Shown here in pieces: positions 25,747 to 32,000 of a stretch of DNA of 32,000 nt (the stretch's first letter is position 1; every line of letters starts with the position of its first letter). Under the pieces are notes generated by a model, which was not told the DNA's origin, ran no database searches, and saw only the letters and a program-made list of their open reading frames with translations. The position numbers and the translations under genes were made by a program. This DNA comes from an uncultured Gammaproteobacteria bacterium. Lineage in GTDB: Bacteria; Patescibacteriota; Microgenomatia; UBA1406; GWC2-37-13. The DNA lies in contig CAZWBE010000002.1 of NCBI GenBank assembly GCA_964632205.1, positions 1 through 32,000 of the forward strand. The letters are read 5' to 3'.

Positions 25747-26367
25747 ATGAAAATACTACGCTTTTCTCTTGGGCAACTGGCGACGAATTGTTATTTTTTG
25801 ATAAGAGAAAAAAAGTGTCTCATTATTGATCCTGCCGATGAAGCAGGGTTTATTTTGGAGCAACTTCAGAGAATGAATCTAGTGTTAAGTGGTATGCTGA
25901 TTACCCATGGTCATTTTGATCACCTAATGGCGGCAGGAGAGGTGCAAAGATCGTTTAAGATTCCTTTATATATTTCCTCTAAAGACCATTTTTTAGTTGA
26001 TAGATTGGCAGAAACAGCCCAATACTTTTTAGGATATAAACCAATAATTCTACCAATAAAGATAATTAAGAATTTTGAACGTGATGGATTAATGGAAATT
26101 GAAAATTTTAAATGGCAAATCTTTTTTACCCCCGGCCACACGCCGGGTAGTTGTTGTTTTTACTTTCCCGACGAGAAAATTATTTTTACCGGCGATACAT
26201 TATTCAAAAACGGCATAGGTAGATATGATTTTTCATACAGTAACAAAAAAGATTTAAAAAATTCATTAAGAAGGATATTGAGTTTGCCGGAAGAGGTAAC
26301 TGTTTATCCCGGCCATGGTGAAGAGACAACAGTTGGGAAAGAAAAAAACAAGTTTTCTACTCTCTAA
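25747..26367 (+). CDS. MBL-fold metallo-hydrolase (glyoxalase II-like)
   Basis: 206 aa. THGHFDH motif, and downstream TPGHTPGS and GDTLF. Confidence 0.8.
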   Translation: MKILRFSLGQLATNCYFLIREKKCLIIDPADEAGFILEQLQRMNLVLSGMLITHGHFDHLMAAGEVQRSFKIPLYISSKDHFLVDRLAETAQYFLGYKPIILPIKIIKNFERDGLMEIENFKWQIFFTPGHTPGSCCFYFPDEKIIFTGDTLFKNGIGRYDFSYSNKKDLKNSLRRILSLPEEVTVYPGHGEETTVGKEKNKFSTL

Positions 26368-27707
26368 TTTTTGAATCTCTCAATTTCCTTTAACAAAGTT
26401 TCCCTTTCATTTTTAAGTTTCCCCTCCTCGACGTCGTTAAATATTTGGGATAAAACCTGACCAACTTTTGGACCGGGTTTTATTTTTAAAATTCTCATTA
26501 CGTCGTAGCCATTAATTTTAAGGTCAGTAATTTTAAAAGGTTCTTTTTGAACTTCAATTAAACGTTTTCTGAAAAGATCAAAACGCCACGAAGTTGCCCT
26601 GGCGCCACTACCTAATCTATCAGCAAAGCGTAAACTAATAATATCATCAAGATACTCTTTTCCAACATTTCTAATAAATCGCCTAATGGCTTTATCGGTT
26701 TGAATTTCTGAGACAGTAAACTGATGAAATTTAACCAAACGGACAAGTTTTTCTTTTTGTTTTTTAGACAACTTAAAGCGATCGGCGATTTTTTGAGCCA
26801 GCTGGGTCCCCGCGACTTCATGGTTGTAAAAAGTAATCAGGTTAGTTTTTTTATCCTGCTTAAAAGTTTTTGCTTTACCAACATCGTGAATCAAGGTAGC
26901 AAAGCGGGTGATTGGGTCATTTGATGAGCAATATTTAAGAGCCCTAACAAGATGAGTTCCCACATCATAGATGTGGTGACGTTTGGGACTTTTTTGAGGA
27001 ATGGCAAAACAAACATCAAGTTCCGGAAGGATAAAAGATAAAAGACCGGTATTTCGTAAAAATAAAATACCTTCTGATGGGTGATTACTCGCCAATATTT
27101 TTAAGAATTCATCCCTAATTCTTTCCCAAGAGATTTTAGTAATCAGCGAGGCGTTTTTTTTTATTGATTGTCTGGTTTTTTCCTCAATTAAAAATCCCAA
27201 TTGGCAGGCTAGACGAATGGCTCGTATTAGCCGAAGAGCATCTTCATTAAATCTTTTATCTGCATCACCAACGGCAACAATAAGTTTTTTTTTAAGATGT
27301 TCTTGACCATGATAAGGATCAATTAATTGTTTACCATCATAAGCTATGGCGTTGATAGTAAAATCCCTTCGCGCTAAATCTTCCTCAATCGTATGTGCCC
27401 ACTTAATCTTTTCCGGATGGCGAAAATCTTTGTATTCTTCTTCCTTTCGGAAAGTCGTTACCTCAAAAATTAATTCTTTTCCATTAATTTTTTGAACAAT
27501 ACCAACCGTTCCAAATTTATTATCATAAAAACTATCAGGGAATAATTCTATAATTTCTTCCGGTTTGGCATCGGTAGCAAAATCCCAATTTTTCACTTCT
27601 TGATTGAGTAGTAAATTTCTTATCGCTCCACCGACAATATATATTTGGTACCCTCTTTTTTTAAATGAATTTAAAAAATCATTGACAATTGGTGGCAACA
27701 TGAACAT
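26364..27707 (-). CDS. cca: tRNA nucleotidyltransferase (CCA-adding enzyme family) with HD domain; catalytic DxD reads NxD
   Basis: YIVGGAIRNLLLNQEVKNWDFATDA aligns with GGAVRDxxxxxxxxDxDIAT. EDLARRDFTINA and NEDALRLIRAIR motifs, and a C-terminal HD domain (HDVGK). I place the start at the ATG at 27707 (MFMLPP...), because the TTG extension to 27767 overlaps the hrcA promoter. Confidence 0.8.
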   Translation of the reverse strand: MFMLPPIVNDFLNSFKKRGYQIYIVGGAIRNLLLNQEVKNWDFATDAKPEEIIELFPDSFYDNKFGTVGIVQKINGKELIFEVTTFRKEEEYKDFRHPEKIKWAHTIEEDLARRDFTINAIAYDGKQLIDPYHGQEHLKKKLIVAVGDADKRFNEDALRLIRAIRLACQLGFLIEEKTRQSIKKNASLITKISWERIRDEFLKILASNHPSEGILFLRNTGLLSFILPELDVCFAIPQKSPKRHHIYDVGTHLVRALKYCSSNDPITRFATLIHDVGKAKTFKQDKKTNLITFYNHEVAGTQLAQKIADRFKLSKKQKEKLVRLVKFHQFTVSEIQTDKAIRRFIRNVGKEYLDDIISLRFADRLGSGARATSWRFDLFRKRLIEVQKEPFKITDLKINGYDVMRILKIKPGPKVGQVLSQIFNDVEEGKLKNERETLLKEIERFKN

Positions 27708-27760
27708 ATTGTTAATAATTATAGCTGATAAGCAAAATTTTATTAAATAATAAATACCCC

Positions 27761-27789
27761 TTGACAAATTAGCAGAAGTATATTAAGAT
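27761..27789 (+). promoter_or_regulatory. hrcA promoter TTGACA-N17-TAAGAT
   Basis: -35 at 27761-27766, a 17-nt spacer, and -10 at 27784-27789, 8 nt before the ATG at 27798. Confidence 0.5.
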
Positions 27790-27795
27790 TGCTAA
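27769..27795. promoter_or_regulatory. CIRCE-like HrcA operator (degenerate)
   Basis: TTAGCAGAA-N9-GATTGCTAA compared with the consensus TTAGCACTC-N9-GAGTGCTAA. The outer TTAGCA/TGCTAA hexamers are perfect and the inner 3 nt diverge. It is embedded between the -35 box and the ATG of hrcA. Confidence 0.5.
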
Positions 27796-27797
27796 TT

Positions 27798-28538
27798 ATG
27801 GAAGATCTAACTCAAAGACAAGTAGATATTTTAAAAGCGATAATTAAGGAGTACTCAGAAAGCGGTAATCCGGTAGGTTCTGAAGTATTGGAAAAGAAAT
27901 ATAAACTGGGTTTTTCGCCAGCAACTATTAGAAATGAAATGGTTGAATTAGCCAAAAAAGGTTATTTAAAAAAAAATCATTTTTCTTCAGGTAGAATTCC
28001 TTCAGCAAAGGGATTTCGTTTTTATATTAAATATTTAATGAAGCAAAAAGATCTTTCTACCACCGATGAAATTTCTTATAAAAATAGCATTTGGGATGAA
28101 CGACAGGAAGCCCACCGTCTCCTTTCTCAAGCAACCAAGGTCCTTTCCCAAAAAACCGGTCTTTTATCTCTAACGGCGACTAATTTTGGCGATCTTTATT
28201 ATGCGGGTGTTGCTAATTTGTTATCTCAACCAGAATTTTCCGATCTAAGTTTATCAAGAAGTTTGTTTGAAAGATTAGACGAAACTAGTTTTTGGGAGAG
28301 AGTATTAGATAAATTTAATAAGATAGAGGAAGAAATTATGTATATGTTAGGAGAAGAAGATTTTCATGATCCTTTATTTGATTCTTGTGGAAGTGTTTTT
28401 GGTGAATTTGAGGGAAATAAAATTAAAGGGATAATTGGGGTTGTCGGCCCAAAAAGAATGTATTATGATTTTATTGCTCCCCAGATTAGATATTTTTCGA
28501 ATTTAATTGAGCAGATTATTAGAGAGCAAGGTTTTTAA
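27798..28538 (+). CDS. hrcA: Heat-inducible transcription repressor HrcA (short, 246 aa)
   Basis: LTQRQVDILKAIIKEYSESGNPVGSEVL...SPATIRNEMVELAKKGYL matches the HrcA N-terminal wHTH. The first ATG is at 27798 (the track ORF starts at a TTG at 27789). Confidence 0.85.
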   Translation: MEDLTQRQVDILKAIIKEYSESGNPVGSEVLEKKYKLGFSPATIRNEMVELAKKGYLKKNHFSSGRIPSAKGFRFYIKYLMKQKDLSTTDEISYKNSIWDERQEAHRLLSQATKVLSQKTGLLSLTATNFGDLYYAGVANLLSQPEFSDLSLSRSLFERLDETSFWERVLDKFNKIEEEIMYMLGEEDFHDPLFDSCGSVFGEFEGNKIKGIIGVVGPKRMYYDFIAPQIRYFSNLIEQIIREQGF

Positions 28539-28545
28539 TATCAAT

Positions 28546-29025
28546 ATGAGTAACAAAAAAACGAAAGAATGTTGTAAGAAATTGGAAATTGAAAAATTAA
28601 AAAAGGAGATAGAAGAGTACAAAAATAAGTATTTACGCGCCTTAGCTGATTATCAAAATTTAGAAAAAAGAGTGGAGCAGCAACGAAAAGAGTTGATTGA
28701 TAGCGCTAATGCAAATTTATTATTAAAAATTTTGCCAATTTTAGACAATTTAGAAAAAGCCGAGATTTTTATCAAAGATAAAGGTTTAAAAATGATAAAA
28801 GATAGCTTATATCATTTTTTAAAAGCGGAAGGGGTTGAGGAAATTGATGTTTTAGGAAAGGAGTTTGATCCTCAATTAGCGGAAGCGGTTGACGTAATAT
28901 TGAGTGATAAAGATAATATTGTTGTAGAAGTCTTAAGAAAGGGATATAAGTTTAATAATAGAGTATTAAGAGTAGCACAAGTGAAAGTAAGCAAAAAAGA
29001 AATCGAGAAAGGAGCAGAAAAATAA
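28546..29025 (+). CDS. grpE: Nucleotide exchange factor GrpE
   Basis: YLRALADYQNLEKRVEQQ and ILPILDNLEKA match GrpE blocks. The first ATG is at 28546; the track ORF extension back to 28507 overlaps hrcA. Confidence 0.85.
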   Translation: MSNKKTKECCKKLEIEKLKKEIEEYKNKYLRALADYQNLEKRVEQQRKELIDSANANLLLKILPILDNLEKAEIFIKDKGLKMIKDSLYHFLKAEGVEEIDVLGKEFDPQLAEAVDVILSDKDNIVVEVLRKGYKFNNRVLRVAQVKVSKKEIEKGAEK

Positions 29026-29120
29026 TCAAGAAAAGAGCTTATAAAAGGTGATTATATGTAAAATCCTAATTATTTAAATAAAGCTTATTAACTCGTTATT
29101 AGTTAATTAAGGATAAAAAT

Positions 29121-30998
29121 ATGAGCAAAATCATTGGTATAGATTTAGGAACAACCAATTCTTGTGTGGCAGTAATGGAAGGAGGAAAACCAAAAGTAAT
29201 TCATTCCCAAGAAGGTAGAAATGTTATTCCATCAGTTGTTGATCCAATAAAAAGAATTGTTGGTGATGTGGCCAAAAGGCAAATGATTATTAATCCAAAA
29301 AACACGATTTTTTCGATTAAAAGATTAATGGGGAGACGGTTTTCTGACGAATCAGTCAAATATGATATTAAATGGTTGCCTTATAAAATCAAAGAAGGTC
29401 AAAATCAAATGGCCATTGTTGAAGTGGAGGGGAAAGCATTTACTCCCCAAGAAATTTCAGCGATGATTTTGCAAAAAATTAAATCAGACGCTGAGGCTTA
29501 CTTGGGAGAAAAAGTGGAAAAGGCTGTTATTACGGTGCCAGCTTATTTTGATGATTCACAAAGACAAGCAACCAAACAGGCCGGGGAGATTGCTGGCCTG
29601 GAGGTAGTGAGAATCTTAAATGAGCCAACAGCGGCTGCTTTAGCTTATGGCTTAGATAAGAAACATACTCACACGATTGCCGTTTATGATCTAGGAGGTG
29701 GGACTTTTGATATTACAATTTTAGAATTAGGTGAGGGCGTTTTTCAGGTAAAAGCAACTAATGGCGACACTCATTTGGGCGGGGATGATTTTGATAAGAT
29801 AATCTTAGATTATCTTGCCGATGAATTTAAAAAGGAAAATGGAATTGATTTGAGAAAAGATCCGCAAGCGCTACAACGGCTACGCGATGCTGCTGAAAAG
29901 GCCAAGATAGAACTCTCTTCTTCTTTAGAAGCCGAAATTAATTTGCCGTTTATTACCGTTAAAGACAATCAACCTCTCCATTTAGTAATGAAACTAACGC
30001 GGGCAAAATTGGAATCATTAGTGGCTCATTTAATTGAAAAGACCTTTAAACCAGTTAAGGATTGTTTAAAAGATGCTAAAATTACCGAAAAAGAGGTAAA
30101 TGAGGTAATTTTAGTAGGAGGGATGACAAGAATGCCGAAAATCATTGATGAGGTAAAAAAATTCTTCGGTAAAGAGCCAAATCGATCGGTTAATCCTGAT
30201 GAAGTAGTTGCTATTGGGGCGGCTGTCCAAGCCGGAATTATTTCAGGCGAAGCTAAAGATGTTGTCTTACTGGATGTAACTCCTTTAACTTTGGGTGTTG
30301 AGACGTTGGGAGGAGTAATGACTCCCCTTATTCAAAGAAACACAACGATTCCAACGGCAAAATCAGAGATTTTTTCAACCGCGGCTGATAATCAAACTCA
30401 AGTTGAAATTCATGTTCTTCAAGGTGAACGACCTTTAGCGAAGGATAACAAATCTTTAGGTAGATTTATTCTTGATGGTATTCCCCCTGCGCCTCGCGGG
30501 GTACCGCAAATTGAGGTAACTTTTGATATTGACGCCAATGGTATTTTAACGGTAACAGCGAAAGATAAAGCAACAGGAAAATCTCAGGCAATAAAAATTA
30601 CCGGATCGACCGGTTTGAAGAAAGAGGAGATTGAAAAAATGAAAGAGGAGGCAGAAAAGCATGCAGAGGAGGATAGAAGGGAAAAAGAGAAAATAGAGGC
30701 AAGAAATAAGGCGGATAATATGATTTACGTAGCGGAGAAATCTTTAAAGGAGGCTGGTGATAAGGTAAAAAAAGAGCTTAAAGAAGAAATTGAGAAGAAA
30801 ATTAAAGATCTGAAAGAAACATTAGATAAAGGATCAAAAGAAGAAATTGAAGATAAAACCGCCGTTCTTTCTGAATCACTGCAAAAAATTGGCCAGACGA
30901 TGTATGAGCAGTCTAATAAGGAACAACCTTCCAATGGAGAAAAAAAAGAGGAGAAAAAAGGAAATAAGGATGTCGAAGAAGGCGAGGTAGTTTCTTAA
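29121..30998 (+). CDS. dnaK: Molecular chaperone DnaK (Hsp70)
   Basis: 625 aa. [18 protein letters not shown] and [11 protein letters not shown] signatures. SD AAGGA about 8 nt upstream. Confidence 0.95.
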   Translation: MSKIIGIDLGTTNSCVAVMEGGKPKVIHSQEGRNVIPSVVDPIKRIVGDVAKRQMIINPKNTIFSIKRLMGRRFSDESVKYDIKWLPYKIKEGQNQMAIVEVEGKAFTPQEISAMILQKIKSDAEAYLGEKVEKAVITVPAYFDDSQRQATKQAGEIAGLEVVRILNEPTAAALAYGLDKKHTHTIAVYDLGGGTFDITILELGEGVFQVKATNGDTHLGGDDFDKIILDYLADEFKKENGIDLRKDPQALQRLRDAAEKAKIELSSSLEAEINLPFITVKDNQPLHLVMKLTRAKLESLVAHLIEKTFKPVKDCLKDAKITEKEVNEVILVGGMTRMPKIIDEVKKFFGKEPNRSVNPDEVVAIGAAVQAGIISGEAKDVVLLDVTPLTLGVETLGGVMTPLIQRNTTIPTAKSEIFSTAADNQTQVEIHVLQGERPLAKDNKSLGRFILDGIPPAPRGVPQIEVTFDIDANGILTVTAKDKATGKSQAIKITGSTGLKKEEIEKMKEEAEKHAEEDRREKEKIEARNKADNMIYVAEKSLKEAGDKVKKELKEEIEKKIKDLKETLDKGSKEEIEDKTAVLSESLQKIGQTMYEQSNKEQPSNGEKKEEKKGNKDVEEGEVVS

Positions 30999-31100
30999 AA
31001 TAAAAAAATCAAAAATAAAAATAGCAAGATAAATTTAAAATATTTTTATTTTAATTCTTAGATATATATAAATATATAAATTGATAGTAAATTATTATTT

Positions 31101-31964
31101 ATGGCTGATTATTATGAAATTCTTGGTGTTTCCAGAAATGCCTCTCTTGATGAAATTAAATCTGCTTATCGCAAACAAGCCTTAAAATGGCATCCTGATC
31201 GGAATAAATCTCCTGAGGCGTTGGAGAAATTTAAAGAAATAAACAAAGCCTACGAGGTTCTTTCTGATCCGAAAAAAAAAGAAATATATGACCAATATGG
31301 AGAAACGGCTTTTAAGACGGGTGGCGGTTTCTCTGGAGATGGGAGAACTTATACTTATCGGGAAGGGCCTTTTACTTATTCTTATACTACTTCTAGTGAA
31401 GGATTTCCTTTTGATTTCGAATTTACTGGATTTTCTGATCCTTTTGAGATTTTTGAGCAGTTTTTTGGTTTCCAGTCACCTTTTTCACGGGTGCGTCGTC
31501 AAAGAAGAGAACTTTATCAGGCAGTTTTAACTTTTGAGGAGGCGGTCAAGGGGACAGAAAAAGAAGTTATTATCAAAGGAGAAAGAAAAAAAATAAAAAT
31601 ACCAGCTGGTGTAGATGATGGAACGCGAATACGCTTTTCTGATTTTGATTTACAAGTTAAAGTTAAACCCCATCCCTATTTTAAAAGAGAGGGTCAGGAT
31701 ATATATTATGAAAAAGAAATCTCTTATCCGATGGCGGTTTTAGGAGGAGTAGTTGAGGTGCCAACCATTGATGGCAAAATAAAAATAAAAGTTAAACCAG
31801 GGACAACAACCGGAACAATGCTAAGATTAAAAGGTCAGGGAGTAATTTACCCTCACTCGTCTCGTCGAGGAGATCAATATGTTATCTTTAAAATAAAGGT
31901 ACCGGAAAGAGTTTCTTTTAAGGCAAAAAAGTTATTACAAGAGTTAGAAAAAGAACTTTTATAA
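31101..31964 (+). CDS. J-domain co-chaperone, class B (DnaJ/CbpA-like, no zinc-finger domain)
   Basis: 287 aa. J-domain with HPD (KWHPDRN), a G/F-rich linker and two C-terminal beta domains. The protein has no cysteine, so the CxxCxGxG repeats are absent. Confidence 0.85.
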   Translation: MADYYEILGVSRNASLDEIKSAYRKQALKWHPDRNKSPEALEKFKEINKAYEVLSDPKKKEIYDQYGETAFKTGGGFSGDGRTYTYREGPFTYSYTTSSEGFPFDFEFTGFSDPFEIFEQFFGFQSPFSRVRRQRRELYQAVLTFEEAVKGTEKEVIIKGERKKIKIPAGVDDGTRIRFSDFDLQVKVKPHPYFKREGQDIYYEKEISYPMAVLGGVVEVPTIDGKIKIKVKPGTTTGTMLRLKGQGVIYPHSSRRGDQYVIFKIKVPERVSFKAKKLLQELEKELL

Positions 31965-31985
31965 ATTTTAAAAGAGGATAATTAA

Positions 31986-32000
31986 ATGGAACCAAGAGAA
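31986..32000 (+). CDS. Start of an unidentified CDS running off the window (MEPRE...)
   Basis: ATG at 31986, preceded by SD GAGG (31974-31977) with an 8-nt spacer. Only 5 codons are visible. Confidence 0.3.

Noticed and set aside
27708-27767. 20-codon N-terminal extension of the cca ORF (TTG start at 27767)
   Set aside because: The extension overlaps the hrcA -35 box and is hydrophobic filler. The conserved nucleotidyltransferase head begins shortly after the ATG at 27707.
28507-28545. Upstream extension of grpE, and the analogous 27789 TTG start of hrcA
   Set aside because: In both cases the first ATG gives an N-terminus that fits the family and avoids overlap with the upstream gene or operator.
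31063-31078. TATATATAAATATATA stretch upstream of the J-protein gene, considered as a palindromic operator or CIRCE substitute
   Set aside because: It has mirror symmetry, not reverse-complement symmetry. It is simple TA low-complexity sequence with no resemblance to CIRCE.

Overview
This is an AT-rich (about one-third G+C by eye), gene-dense bacterial chromosome segment made up mostly of streamlined housekeeping genes: aspS, recJ, rmuC, infB, nusA, rplY, secD/secF, cca and hrcA-grpE-dnaK plus a J-protein. Many proteins are domain-trimmed: IF-2 starts at the G domain, AspRS lacks the insertion domain, the DnaJ-like protein has no cysteines, and HrcA is short. Together with genes I recall as DUF4012, DUF3048, DUF4446 and DUF5679 types, this suggests a reduced-genome lineage such as Patescibacteria/CPR (inference only, no search was possible). 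The most unusual region is about 2.4-6.5 kb. It holds a minimal two-subunit [NiFe]-hydrogenase: a 436-aa large subunit with intact RxCGxCxxxH and DPCxxCxxH motifs, and a 156-aa small subunit that keeps only the proximal-cluster domain. This pair converges on a tightly overlapped four-gene operon encoding a 56-aa HypC-like protein, an EamA/DMT permease, an uncharacterized 256-aa protein with a HypC-like C-terminus, and a 110-aa maturation endopeptidase. No partner redox subunits and no hypA/B/D/E/F genes are in the window. Other points worth a second look: (1) a 25-nt direct repeat that starts in a tRNA 3' end and brackets a 2-kb cassette with two divergent membrane proteins sharing the same zinc ribbon; (2) a recurrent -10 box 6-9 nt from ATG, suggesting leaderless transcripts; (3) a CCA-enzyme homolog with NxD in place of the catalytic DxD; (4) a DHH-family protein with degenerate catalytic motifs downstream of infB; (5) a 47-aa zinc-ribbon gene absent from the ORF track; (6) a degenerate CIRCE operator inside the hrcA promoter. 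I found no rRNA, CRISPR array, transposase or integrase.
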